A DNA stretch of 64,000 nt from Anthoceros angustus (GCA_010909165.1 MU008157.1:1054001-1118000), one strand, 5' to 3'; counted from the stretch's first letter, positions 11,111 through 23,509 are shown. Notes: generated from the sequence alone by a model not told the origin. Numbers and translations: made by a program.

Positions 11111-12384
11111 TCCTCTTCCTTCATGGTTTGTTCTTCCTGCACATGACATTGTGAAGGTGACTATAGGTAGGGAGCTTAATGACTCGCTTTCACTTTAACC
11201 CTCGGGGTCCTCCTTGGTTGTCCCTTGCTAGATGGGCTTTTCCCATCATTTTTTTCCCTTTAATAAAATGTAAAACAGATTTTGATGTAGAGGTTAATGA
11301 GTTCATCATCAATAGTCACATTTAAATGTAGAAAGAAGAATAGTTCTGCCGCTGGCTTAAAATTATTCACGATAATAATTGAAGTGGTTGAATATGCTTC
11401 ATCGCCTTCCAGTGTGAATACACGCGAAATGGGGTTTTGGATGGGCACCGAAATGCTTTAATTGAACATCAAATGTAGAAAAAGGCACAAATCTAAGGAT
11501 TTCGTGAACAAACCTTATACCGTAGTGCTGCTCGCAAAATTAGAGTAAGGGTCCGCTGTATGAGAAGAGGATTGCTTTTCAGGCAAATAATGCCCATGTC
11601 GTCAATCCATGCAAGCCAGTAAAGAATAGTAAATTAATATGTGATTCCATTTCTGCAGATGCAGCCATGGTAGAGCGTGCGTGCATTTCTATAATCTTGC
11701 AACACATTCGTTATAGATATGGTCGACATGGTTGTGCACAACAACCTTAGTTCTGAAAGACCCTCAATATCCCGTGAATGATGCGCCCAAGTTTTTTCCT
11801 CTTTCTCGAGCTCAATGGAGGCCGCGGCTGTCCTTCTACGAAGGTCACAGCAGTTGAAAACCATCATTATTCACGACCAAGGCTGTGTTGTGGTCGGAAG
11901 CGTGAAAGGTGCTATATTCTTTCTCATTCTGTGTGAATCATACATTTCAAATGCTTGCGGAGAACGGGTTGCTTGTTTGACCAACGCAAGTTGTCTTGAT
12001 TCAAACCTATGAAAGCCAAGACGCAAGTAGGCATGAACCTCCTTCTTGACCAAAATGATAAAGGATTGACCAAAATGATAAAGGATTGATGGATAGGCAA
12101 ACGCCAACTTTAGCTACTTGCTGCTTGCATAAGTAGGCAAACCATGGTCTAGCGCGGATAAGTCATAATGTGTATTGGTGCACGACAAGTGGTTGCAAGC
12201 CATAGTGTCTATGTCGACGCAGGCATACCGGTGGGCACTCAAAATCTATCTAAGGATGCCACCATGCCGGTGCCCTTTGGAGGGACCATAAAGGCATGAG
12301 GTGACAGCATGCCAACTCTTTTACTTTTATATCATCTAAAAGAGTTGGTGAAGTGATATCCTAGTGGTCGTGCCATGGTGTAGC

Positions 12385-12486
12385 GTGCGGTGCGGAGCGG
12401 GAGCAGCGGGCGGTGCGGAGCAGCCGCGGCTTGCGGTGCGGAGCGGGAGCGGCCATGGCTTGCGGTGCGGAGCGGGAGCGGAGCGG
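12385..12486. repeat. GC-rich degenerate repeats (GCGGTGCGGAGCGGGAGC)
   Basis: About 4 imperfect copies upstream of LINE ORF1. Confidence 0.75.
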
Positions 12487-12588
12487 CATGTGATGTAGGT
12501 GTGTGGAAGCCTTTGGCCCTGCTATGCAGAGTTCCTGCTGGTAGGCCCGGCCGTGCGGAGTTCCTGACAGCAGGCCTTGCCCGGAGGG

Positions 12589-12762
12589 TTTCGGGTTTGT
12601 GGGGCCCTGCCCTCCCGTGAAGGGGGGGTTCGGGTTTGTGGGGCCCTGCCCTCTCGTGAAGGGGGGGGTTTGGGTTTGTGGGGCCCTGCCCTCCCGTGAA
12701 GGGGGGGTTCGGGTTTGTGGGGCCCTGCCCTCCCGTGAAGGGGGGGTTCGGGTTTGTGGGGC
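12589..12762. repeat. 39-bp tandem repeat (TCGGGTTTGTGGGGCCCTGCCCTCCCGTGAAGGGGGGGT), ~4.4 copies
   Basis: Near-identical units ~120 bp upstream of the LINE ORF1 ATG. Confidence 0.92.
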
Positions 12763-12884
12763 TTTGGTGTGCATGGTTTCAGGCATGATAGTGCATCACG
12801 GATTAGGACGATAGGAATCGTTTTTTGCCATAGGGCCGTGTCACTTTCTTCATATTCTGGTGTAAGTCTCCTCTGTTGATTCCC

Positions 12885-13757
12885 ATGGTAGTGAGGGGAT
12901 GCTCGTTCGAGGAGTGGGAGGGTATTTTAAAGGCTATAAAGGAGGACTTCGAAGCAGTAATACAAGGCCTTCAATCCCGGCTGGTGGACTTAGAGGCAGC
13001 CCCCAAGGTCAAGGTCTTGGAAGAGGCCAATGCCCGTCTGCACAAGGAACTCAAGAAATCGAAAGCTGACGTCAAGTCTTTAAAGGCTGATATTGTGTCC
13101 TTGCAGTTATCCAATGGAAACTTGGCTCATGTGTTACGGGAGGAAGAGGCTTCCTGACGTGCAGATATTCAGGCTCTTCAGGACTGTGCTGAGGACTCTA
13201 TGCTTAAATTGGTCAAAAATTCCAATCAAGAATGCTTCAACTCTATTCGCAATGATATCTCCAAGCAAGTTGAGCAGGAGCTTCGGGCACGTCCTTCTAT
13301 GGAACCTGCCCGGACATATGCTACAATTACTTCCCCTGCTATTGTCAATGCAACTATTCTAGAGTCGCGTGACCGTGATAAGCGATCAAGGAACCTCCGT
13401 ATTACAGGTATTTCTGGTGACACGCCTGAGGCTGCTATCAGGAATTTTCTGACGCACACCATTAAAGTCAATGTCCATTTTGAACATGCTTGGAGAGTTG
13501 GTAAGGACCACTCTCGTCCTCCGACTTTCATTGTTTGCTTCCACTCCCTTGAGGACAGGCTGCAGGTGTTGCGGCAACGTACTTCTTTGAAAGGCTTGGA
13601 GGTTTTTGTCAACCTAGACCTGACCCCCACCGAATGGGCCCACAAGAAGGATCAGTTGCTGGTATGCAAGCAGGCAAAATTGGAAGGACGAGTGGCGAAT
13701 TCCATTGATGACAAACTGATTATTAGAGACAATGTGCAAGGTCGGCCTCCTCCATAG
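12885..13757 (+). pseudogene. LINE ORF1 (coiled coil + RRM-like/CTD, L1/L2/CR1/RTEX-style), one premature stop
   Basis: ORFs 12876-13157 and 13200-13757 are in the same frame, separated by TGA at 13155. Motifs: heptad-rich N-terminus, RDKRSRNLRITGIS, WRVGK..RPPTFIVCF, LKGLEVFVNLDLTP, DKLIIRD. Confidence 0.8.
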
Positions 13758-13792
13758 GAAAGTGAGGCCCATATTGTTGCTGTCGACCTCCG

Positions 13793-16411
13793 TTGGCCTC
13801 CTGGAATTGCAATGGTTCTATTTTCTCTAAACCGGGTGGAATGCTTCAGCTCCTTACGAGCCATGACATCGTCTTCTTGGTGGAAACCCATGAGCACCAT
13901 ACTCGCTCTATGCCTTCTTTTCCAGGTTTTCAATGTCTTTCCTCTTTCCGACATCATGTCTCTAGTAACTCGGATAAGGCCTATGGAGGTATCGTCTGCT
14001 ATTTCCGTGAGTCCCTGGCTGCCTTTATCTCTCTGGTCAGGATTGATGTTCAAAGCACCGTCCTATGGGTCAAGATTTCCTCCTCCCTTCTGTCCTCCGT
14101 GCGTGACCTTTATGTGGGTATTTGTTATTTTCCGCCCCGGTCTTCTAGATCTGCTGCAAACGGTGTCGACCCATATGTCGACCTCTCCGAATCTGTGTCT
14201 GAGTTTTCCTCTATTGTAGACATTCTCCTTGTTGGCAATTTCAATGCCTGGACTAATTGCTAGCAGGCTTCTACTTATGATTCTATGGACTCTGACAAAT
14301 TATTCCGACCTCTTGGGCCGGATCTCGGGCTCAATAGGTTTCTGATGACACCCATGATGTCAACGCCTATGGCTCTGCCTTATTACTGACTTGAGCTCAT
14401 AATCTCCTCATCTTCAAGCGGTCTAACTTGCTGGCGGACATTGCAAATTCTTTCTTTTACGGAGATGGTCATACTTCTAGCAGGCTGGAATATATTATTG
14501 GAGATGCTCAACTTCTTTCCCGCATCTCTAACCTGCGGACTAATGACGATGTCCGCATCCAATCTGACCATGCGGCTGATTGCTTTCAGCTTTGTGCCTT
14601 GCCTCCCTCGCCACCTCCCTCTCCCCCACTCTCTATCACCACCCGCTTACGCCTTTCCCATGTACAAGCCTCTCAATATTCCCGCCTACTCAAAGCCTCC
14701 CTCACCTCCATTCCGCAGGACCTTCCCTTCCTCTCTATGGCCAAACGGTGTCGACCCATATGTCGACCTCTCCGAATCTGTGTCTGAGTTTTCCTCTATT
14801 GTAGACATTCTCCTTGTTGGCAATTTCAATGCCTGGACTAATTGCTAGCAGGCTTCTACTTATGATTCTATGGACTCTGACAAATTATTCCCGCTGGACC
14901 TACTGGACCGGATCTCGGGCTCAATAGGTTTCCTGATGACACCCATGATGTCAACGCCTATGGCTCTGCCTTATTACAGCTTGCCGAAGCTCATAATCTC
15001 CTCATCTTCAACGGTCTAACTTGCTGGCCGGACAGTTGCAGAAATTCTTTCTTTTCCGGAGATGGTCATACTTCTAGCAGGCTGGAATATATTATTGGAG
15101 ATGCTCAACTTCTTTCCCGCATCTCTAACCTGCGGACTAATGACGATGTCCGCATCCAATCTGACCATGCGGCTGATTGCTTTCAACTTTGTGCCTTGCC
15201 TCCCTCGCCACCTCCCTCTCCCCCACTCTCTATCACCACCCGCTTCCGCCTTTCCCATGTACAAGCCTCTCAATATTCCCGCCTACTCAAAGCCTCCCTC
15301 ACCTCCATTCCGCAGGACCTTCCCTTCCTCTCTATGGCCTCCTCCTCTTCCTCGGCTATTCTTTCCTCCGCTAGGTCTACCTTTCCATTCAAATTCAACC
15401 TCCCTCCATCCCACAAAAATACTGCTCCCCGCCACCCCTGGTTTGATGCCGATTGTAAACGCATGCGCTTCCAATTGCACCAGACCCTCCGCCAACTCCA
15501 ACATCCACCTTGATCTCGCCACTCTCCTCTCTTAAAGCTACTATTAAGCCTTACAAGACCTTCCTCTCCATGAAAAAGGATCAATTCTTCCAAACCGAGC
15601 ACAACCGTCTCAACTCCCTCTTGCAGACTTCTCCTGGTGGCTCTGCCTTCTGGAAGGAATTTCACTCTAGGTCCCCCGTTCTCCTCAAAGCTAATCCCAA
15701 ACTTCTGACCTTTGTTGATGGACTTTACCATATCCCCTCCGCTATCCTTGCTCCTAAGTCCTCTGATCCTGGTCTAAGGTTTTTTTCGCCAGATCTTGTG
15801 GCTAGAGCCATAAAGAAGCTTCGGAGCGGGACTGCTATGGATCCTGCTGGCACCCATGGAGACCTCTTTCGTTATGCTGACGTTGTCTCACTCTCATCTC
15901 ACCTTGCTTCCCTTTTCAATGATGCTCTCCCCCATGGATTTCCAGATAGCTGTGTGAGAATGATATTCATTCAATTTTGAAGGCTGGTAACCCTTACCTC
16001 CCTTCTAACTATCGGTTTGTCACTGTGGAGTCCATTTATGCCAAGATTTATAGCTCTTGTCTGGAGATTCTCACCACTTCTTGGGCTTAGGAAGCTAAAG
16101 TGCGTGCTCGGGGTCAGACTAGTTTTTGCCCTCACCGGAATACTATGGACAACATCTTTACTCTCAGGGCTATTGTTGACGAGGCACGGTCTCCAAAGAA
16201 ACATGTCTATTGTTGTTTTGTGGATTTCAAGAGAGCCTTCAACTCTGTGCCTTGCATTGGGACAAGCTCTTTGACAGGTTGAAGTCTTTGAGGATGCCTC
16301 CACACCTCTGGCATGCTGCTATTCTCTTGTATTCTCGTGTCTTTGCTCATATCCAGTCCCCCCCTGGCTTGGCTGCTTTCCAGATTCCCATCAGCTTGGC
16401 TTGAGAGAGGG
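13793..16411 (+). pseudogene. LINE ORF2 (APE endonuclease + RT), frameshifted and truncated by an LTR insertion
   Basis: APE motifs SWNCNG, LVETH, GGIVCYF, CYFPP, GNFNA, SDH. RT motifs AIKKLRSG..D, PSNYR, GQTSF..DNIFTL..YCCFVDFKRAFNSVP. Breaks at GLR(E/Q)G(C) at ~16398-16413. Confidence 0.9.
14158..15337. repeat. ~585-bp tandem duplication inside LINE ORF2
   Basis: AAACGGTGTCGACCCATATGTCG starts at ~14158 and ~14743. The first copy has more indels. Confidence 0.9.
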
Positions 16412-16481
16412 TGTGGGAGGAAAATCCCGGGGCTTCCAAGATTCCCCCTCTAGTGGCCACACTTATTCCACTGTCGTTTCG

Positions 16482-16643
16482 TGTAGATAGTATCAGTTAG
16501 TTCTAACCCTAGTTATTTAATCCTAGTTAGGGTTCACGAACCGTTGCGTGCTCCTTGAGCGTTAAGAACCTTTCTGTTGCTCTGAAACATAACATCTTTC
16601 AATACAATTTCAGTCTTCGTTACTTCATGAAATACCATTTTCA
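16482..16643 (+). repeat. Copia 5' LTR
   Basis: TGTAGATAG...CCATTTTCA, matches 21482-21643. Confidence 0.95.
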
Positions 16644-16655
16644 TGGTATCAGAGC
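16644..16655 (+). promoter_or_regulatory. Primer-binding site complementary to initiator tRNA-Met
   Basis: TGGTATCAGAGC immediately after the 5' LTR. Confidence 0.93.
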
Positions 16656-17171
16656 ATGAACTAATCGAGTAATTTCTTTTTAAGAAATGTCTCTTCTTAT
16701 AAGAGCATTTTCTTTCCTTACAAGAAAATTTTATTTTACAATGCTTTTCATTCTTTTTAATTAGATTACAAAATGGAGCAACACTCGGATCCTTCATATA
16801 GACCTGAAAATCTTTCTTTCAAAACTAATATCTCAAGAAGAAATAACATGGATCTTCACTCTGATTTTATTATTTTAGAAAGAAAAATGGATCTCATTCT
16901 AGAATCAATATTTTATAGAACATATGGATTTATTTAATTATCATATTCGAAATTTAATCTCTGATGTTAATACAGTCATCACATCAAACAGACCCTCTAC
17001 CAAGTCTCAATCTTCTCAAACAGAAAAAGAATAGAAATTACGGTTCTTTATTTCTTAGCAAGTTCTTTTTCTCTAGATGTTTCTTTAATATCTAATCTTG
17101 AAATTTACAGTACTTTCTTTCTTAAGATAACAATTCTTTCTTTATTTATTAGAAGTTATTTCTTACAAATC

Positions 17172-20100
17172 ATGGCAACTTCTAATTCTCGTTCTTATAA
17201 TATCGAAAAACTGTCTGATTCTAATTGGCATACTTGATCTTTTAAACTTCGTATGCTACTCCAAAAATTAGGCCTTTGGCACATAGTATCTGGAACTTGC
17301 TTGAAACCTGCTGCCGGTCATGCTGATGAAGCTGCTTGGATCACCTCTGATGAATCTGCTCAAACAGAAATTGTTCTCCATTTAGGAGATCGCCACATTG
17401 CCAAAGTCAAACGGTTAACTACCTCTAAAGCTATTTGGGATAAGCTCTCTGGCTGTTTTCAAGAGGTGAGTTTAACAACTCAACTCTTACAGCAGGATAA
17501 ACTTGCTGCTTTAAAGCTCAAGGAAGGGGAATCTGCTATTGATTTCCTTTCAACATGGGAACAAGCCCTCGATGAGGCCCTCTCATCAGGCTTGGCAGTG
17601 GATGAAAATACGCAAGTAATGTACTTGCTTCGCTCCCTGCCCCCATCGTGGAGACCTTTTGTGTCCACAACTTCCAGCTTAGCCACAACAGCTAATCCTC
17701 TAACCCTTACATCGCTATTGGCAAAAATTAGGCATGAAGCTATTTTGCGAGGTGTCCATCTTTCAGATATTAACACCACAGGAACCTCAGCCCTATACGC
17801 TGGTCCTAACAAACCGAAATATAGGGGCAAGGTTCCTTTCACACTGGAACTAGAAACAAACCACCTCCAAATAATCCCGCTCATAAACACCTAGTTTGCC
17901 ACTACTGTAAGAAGAAGGGTCACATAGCCCCAGACTGTCGCAAGCGAAAACAAGATAGAGCTAATGGCGTCAGCCACACTGACCACAAACCCTTCAACCA
18001 GGCTCTCAATACTGCAGCAGCCCCTTCTACATCTACCCCAATAACGCCGTCTTATCTGTTTACTGCACACTCTTCTATGTTGTTACCGGCTCCTCTCTTC
18101 GATTGGTGGCTCCTTGATAGTGGCTGCACGGAGCATATGACTCCTCGAAGAGAATGGTTTCTCACATATCTCCCTCTGGAGAAGCAGAGACCTGTTCATA
18201 TTGGTGACAACTCCACCCTTAGGTATTGCCTGCACCGTACAAATCCAAATACAAGGCGTCCTTTGCCTATGTAAAAGATGTACTACATGTCTGGCCTTTC
18301 TCAAAGTCCGCTGTGTCGTGCCACATCCAAGGTTGGCAACTCTATTACCTTTTCCCACCAAGGTTGCGAAGTTACATTGCGAGCCACTAATGGGCAAAGC
18401 TTCAAGCTTGTCTGTCGTGCTATGGGCAGTCTCTATCCCATAGCTCGTGGCCTTGCTCCTTCGACTGACGGTATATCAGAACCTTCCTCCTTCAGTCTAG
18501 CTATAAATCCCAACCTAAGTCATCAGACTAAATTGTGGCATTTGAGGCTCTCTCATCTTCACATTCAGGGCCTGCACAAAATGCAGAAGCAATAGATGGT
18601 TGAAGGTTTACCTCCGCTGTCTGACTTGCCCTTCTGCCCTGGTTGCCTTACTGGTAAGCAACATAGCCAACCCTATCCTAGGTCCGCTCACACACCTCTA
18701 ATGTACTTGAGGTTGTTCATGCCGACTTATGTGGTCCCATGCAGACTCCTTCCCTTGCAAGAAAATTGTACATCTTTGTCATTCTCGATGACTACAGTCA
18801 CTTTACCACCCTCTACTTCCTTACTCACAAGTCAGAGGCATTCTTCAGTTTTAAAACCTTTCAGGCTTTAGTTGAAAATCAGACTGGTCAGCGCATTAAG
18901 ATTTTTCGGTCAGACAATGCTAAGGAACTAACTTCCCTTGCCTTTGAAGCTCACTTGTTGGCCCATGGCATTCAACATCAAAAGATAGTGCCCTATGCAC
19001 ATCAGCAGTTGGGCAAGGCGGAGCGCCGAAATCGGTCCCTTATGGATGCTGTCCGCAGCTCCTTGGCCACAACCCATCTTCCAAATTATTTATGGGCAGA
19101 TGCTGCTGCTACAGCCTGTTACGTGCAAAACCGCTGCAGCACTTCCACTGTTCCTGGCAAGACTCCGTTTGAAGTATGGACAGGCTGCAAGCCCAATGTT
19201 AGCCACTTTCGCATTTTTGGCTGTGATGCCTATGCTCATGTTCCACCAGAATTACGGAAAAAATTGGATCCCCAGTCCACCAAACTGACCTTCATTGGCT
19301 ACGGTGAATCTGATGGAGTTAAAGGCTATCGCTTGTTGAACAGACAGACTCGTCGGGTTATTCTTGCCCGCAATGTCATTTTTAATGAGCTGCCTCTCTT
19401 GACAGACTTACTCCTTTGAATAATCCAGCCCCGATTCACGAGGCCTCTATGGAGACGTTTATCCATGATGGTGCTGCCTATGTACCTCCCGCACCCCATA
19501 TTCCACCCTCCCTCCACTAGCATTCCTCCGACGACACCACTGCAGGGTCCACCCCACCTCGGGCGTCCCCTCCACTAGTACTCAAGGTTTCCCTCATCCA
19601 CCCCCATTCACGAGGCCTCTATGGAGACGTTTATCCATGATGGTGCTGCCTATGTACCTCCCGCACCCCATATTCCACCCCTCCCTCCACCTGCTGTCGT
19701 TACTCCTCCGACGACACCACCTGCAGGGTCCACCCCACCTCGGGCGTCCCCCTCCACTAGTACTCCGGGATTTCCCTCATCCACCCCCTCGCCCTATAAT
19801 GTGTTATCTTCTCCTCAGATGGCTCGACGTCCAATTCCTGGCAGACCTGTGTAGCTATCGGGGGGAGAAGGATCAGATTTAGCTGCACAAGCTCTTGAAG
19901 AAGTGTTACTAACCCCTGCACCTGCAGAGCTACATGGTCCACGATTACGACGTTCGACAAGAACAAATAAAGGAGTACCAGGGACACGTTTTGATGACCT
20001 AGAGTACTCCAAAGGACTTGTAGCTAATTCCGTCTCTATCATCAGTGACCCTCGTGCCGTGCGAGAAGCGTTTAATGGTGACGAAGGCACTGAGTGGCGA

Positions 20101-21450
20101 GCTTCCATGGATCGAGAGTTCAACTCTCTCATTGCTAATGAAACTTGGACCCTCGTAGACCCTCCTCCCGGCAGAAGCATTGTGACCAGTAAATGGGTAC
20201 TAAGGAAGAAGTATAATGCTGATGGGAGTCTTTCCAAGTACAAAGCTAGACTCGTTGCACGGGGTTTTACTCAAAAGGATGGCTTAGATTATCAAAAGGA
20301 AAGCACTTTCGATCGGTGGTCAAGCTTACCTCCTTGCGGGTCATGCTTGCTTTATCTGCCATGCACAACTTGCATGTACATCAAATGGATGTGCAAACAG
20401 CTTTTCTGAACGGTGTTCTTCGAGAGGAAATTTATTTACAACAACCGGAGGGCTATGTTAAACCTGAGGAAGCCCACAAAGTATGTAAACTCCACAAGAC
20501 CCTATATGGTTTAAAACAGTCACCTCGTGGCTGGTACGAAAGATTTCAACTCCATTTGCTTAGTAAGGGCTTCGTCAAATCCCATGCAGATTCAAGTGTC
20601 TTCATAAGAAGACAAGGTTATCATTCACACCAATAGCATCAGTCTTCATCAAGAAAGATATGTAATAGACATGCTAGATAAGTATCAGATGCAGCATTGC
20701 AAACCTGTCGACACTCCCATGCAAACTGGTGAGAGATTACGTTCCTCTATGTCTCCAAGCACTCCTGAAATAGAAGAAATGAAGGATATACCCTATAAAG
20801 GTGTTGTGGGCAGTATACAACACTTGGTTCAGAATACACGACTTGATATTGCCTATGCTTGTAATCACACCGCTCAATTTCAAACTTCACAGGAAGCCAC
20901 ATTGGTGGGCAAACGAATTCTTGATATCTTGAGGAAGCAAAACTGGTGCATCACTTATACTGGTGGTGAGGGTGCCCAACACAAGCTTCTAGGATGGACA
21001 GACTCAGATTGGGTCGGTGATCCTGACACCAGAAAGTCCACATCAGGCTATGTTTTCACTCTCGCTGGAGGTGCTATTAGTTGGAAGTGTAAAAAGCAAG
21101 CTTGTGTTGCTCAAAGCTCAGCAGAATCCGAGTATATTGCTGCAGCTGCTGCCGCTAAGGAAGCCGTTTGGCTTGTTCAACTCCTACAAGATCTCGGGTA
21201 TCCTCATTCCAGTCCTGTTGAAATTAAGTGTGACAATCAAGCTGCTATCTCTCTTTCTCGAGATCACGATTTCACGATCGCTCTAAGCACATCCAATTGC
21301 GGTATCATTACTTACGAGAGAAGGTGGAATCTCAAGAGCTATTTCTCACTTATGTCCCGACGTCGGACCAAGCGGATATCCTTACCAAACCCGTGTCGCG
21401 CCTGTACTCGAGCACTGCGCGAGCAATCGGGCTTATCCTCTATATCTTGA
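17172..21450 (+). pseudogene. Copia gag-pol polyprotein, multiple frameshifts and stops
   Basis: Gag IEKL..N..T*.F..R.LL..LW.IV.G; zinc knuckle CHYCKKKGHIAPDC (~17897-17938); protease WLLDSGCTEHM; LWHLRLSH/C..C; integrase DDYSH..RSDNA..AERRNRSL; RT SKWV..YKARLVARGF, QMDVQTAFLNG, LYGLKQSPR; RNase H TDSDW..RKSTSG..SSAESEY..CDNQAA. The YVDD block is missing near 20620. Confidence 0.93.
19434..19790. repeat. ~172-190-bp tandem duplication in the Copia INT-RT linker
   Basis: ATTCACGAGGCCTCTATGGAGACG starts at 19434 and 19606. The first copy has small deletions. Confidence 0.9.
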
Positions 21451-21470
21451 GTGCGCTCACCCTCCTAGGA

Positions 21471-21481
21471 TTACGGGGGTG
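21471..21481 (+). promoter_or_regulatory. Copia polypurine tract
   Basis: TTACGGGGGTG directly before the 3' LTR. Confidence 0.75.
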
Positions 21482-21643
21482 TGTAGATAGTATCAGTTAG
21501 TTCTAACCCTAGTTATTTAATCCTAGTTAGGGTTCACGAACCGTTGCGTGCTCCTTGAGCATTAAGAACCTTTCTGCTGCTCTGAAACATAACATCTTTC
21601 AATACAATTTCAGTCTTCGTTACTTCATGAAATACCATTTTTA
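21482..21643 (+). repeat. Copia 3' LTR
   Basis: Matches the 5' LTR and ends TA instead of CA. Confidence 0.95.
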
Positions 21644-21789
21644 TTCCGTACGTTGGGTTTCGTCCCACGAGACTTGTATGAACGGTCGGATTCTGGGGAA
21701 TCGATCACTGCTTGCAGCCACACACTACCTCAGCCTTCTAAACAAGCAAGGCACGACTCTCCCTGAGTCGCCACTTACTGCTTCCTCGA

Positions 21790-21986
21790 AAACTCACCGA
21801 CCCTCGACCTACAACGACACCATACAATTGTAGGTCATGCCTTGGCAGCAAGGAGTCTATCACGGGCGCCCAAGATTTCTGATGCACCACTTACACTGCT
21901 TCGAAAACTCACCGACCCTCGACCTACAACGACACCATACAATTGTAGGTCATGCCTTGGCAGCAAGGAGTCTATCACGGGCGCCC
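21790..21986. repeat. ~114-bp-period tandem duplication within the Gypsy A LTR
   Basis: AAAACTCACCGACCCTCGACCTACAACG...GGGCGCCCA occurs at ~21790 and ~21904. Confidence 0.85.
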
Positions 21987-22316
21987 AGGCCTCCTTGTGT
22001 CTTTGGATGCAAAAACCCATTCCACAGGGTCCCTTGGAGACGTCTGATCAATAACGGACTGATTCGGGACACTGCCTTCTCATCACAAGAAGGCCGGGAA
22101 GATCCCTGGGTGGTCGAGAGCGGAGTGGCCAAGCTCCACGTCTGGAGCGATTAGCGGTAAGGGCGCTCTATGCATGCCGGAAGGGAAGGATTTTCGCAGA
22201 AGACCGGGGTGAGATCGTGGCTGTGCGAATCGCCCGGGTACTGACCAGCTGTTTTCTTCCTTTTCTTCCCAAACCGCTGCCTAACCGGATTGTGTTTCAC
22301 TCTAAGATAAGGGTTT

Positions 22317-22421
22317 GTGTGGCCCGGGATAGAGGGGTCTGTGTGGCCCGGGATAGAGGGGTCTGTGTGGCCCGAGATAGAGGGGTCTGTGTGGCCCGAG
22401 ATAGAGGGGTCTGTGTGGCCT
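22317..22421. repeat. 24-bp tandem repeat (GTGTGGCCCGRGATAGAGGGGTCT), ~4.3 copies, within the Gypsy A LTR
   Basis: Direct inspection; 24-bp period. Confidence 0.92.
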
Positions 22422-23092
22422 GCGAGAGGGAGTGGCAAGAGCAGCTTGTGTGTGGGGGTATTTGAGAATTTGGGGAAGAAGAGAGGGAACGGAGCGAATC
22501 AGTGACGGGTGAGGCGCCACGGCATAGGCGGCCGAAGGAGGCGTCTGCCGTGAGTGTTTGGGGTGGATGCCCACGAAGTGAGTGAGCGTGCGGTAGCGAA
22601 TGCATGTGAGGCTATAACCCTTAGAACCACGCCAGAGGAATCGGATGCCAAGCGGACTGACGTGGCAGGGTAAGTGGGTCCCACCGCAGTGGCTGAGTCC
22701 GCCACTGTAGTGGCTGATGTCTACCACGGCGGTGGCCGAACTTACCACGGTGGTGGGTTCGGACATGGTAGTGGGTTGTGGCGGGGTAAGACTAACCGTA
22801 GTAGGGATAGAATCCGTAGTTTTGGAACACCTTGACACAAAACCATTCCCTTGGGATCGAATCCTAGGACTATAACGACATAGAGGATAAGTGTGGTCAA
22901 CCTCGCGCGCAGATTCGACACACGGAACCTCACACCTGAAATTGTCTATCAAGAGAGACACAAAAGGGTCTCTTATACATCCAGCTGTGGATCACCACAG
23001 CTCACTTCTCTCCAGTGTCTAGAAAATATGGCCAACTACCACGAGCGCACCTACCAATTTAGGTAACTACAGCTCCACAGGTCCTCAAAACA

Positions 23093-23109
23093 TCTTATCC
23101 CCTAATCCC
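23093..23109 (-). promoter_or_regulatory. Gypsy A polypurine tract
   Basis: Minus strand GGGATTAGGGGATAAGA followed by TGT. Confidence 0.65.
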
Positions 23110-23509
23110 AAAAAACCCACAGCCTATGATCACCTTCCCCTAAATCAGTAGCGGCCGCCTCATGATTCGCCTATACACCGTGGTTCCCTCATCTCTTCTA
23201 GGGGGTCCCGCTCGCCTATTGCGTCCATGCATGTTATCCCACTCCTCATCCTTTGGACAGCCACAGCATCCTCCTCACGCTCGGCCTCACCGCTCATCTC
23301 CTCAAGCACCACTTGCGGGGTAGGCCCATCCGTTCGAAGAAACCAGCAGGTAGGCCGTGGCGGTTAGGATGTGCCCGGTGGTTTCGCCCCTCTGTCCCAA
23401 CAACCACATACACATTTAGAGTGAGCACCGCTCACCATGCGAGCGGCAGGACATGAGCATCCTCATCCGAATCTTGGTGAGGCGCATTCCCAATTTTGCA
23501 GCCTCTTCC

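Larger units (their letters stand above)
16482..21643 (+). mobile_element. Full-length Ty1/Copia LTR retrotransposon (5162 bp)
   Basis: LTRs 16482-16643 and 21482-21643 (162 bp, 3 transition differences); PBS TGGTATCAGAGC; PPT; 5-bp TSD TTTCG/TTCCG (one mismatch); gag-PR-INT-RT-RH order. Confidence 0.96.
16412..23092 (-). mobile_element. 3' LTR (~1.5 kb net) of Gypsy family A, split by the Copia insertion
   Basis: TGT at 16412 and ACA at 23090-23092. A minus-strand PPT abuts 23093. Sequence on both sides of the Copia (GGCCACACTTATTCCAC...ACGTTGGGTTTCGTCCCA) is contiguous in a related copy at 33650-33705. Confidence 0.7.

Noticed and set aside
12361-12814. ORFs over the 39-bp repeat (RTPPSREGRAPQT)
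   Set aside because: The period is a multiple of 3, which keeps frames open by chance; no start context or domain.
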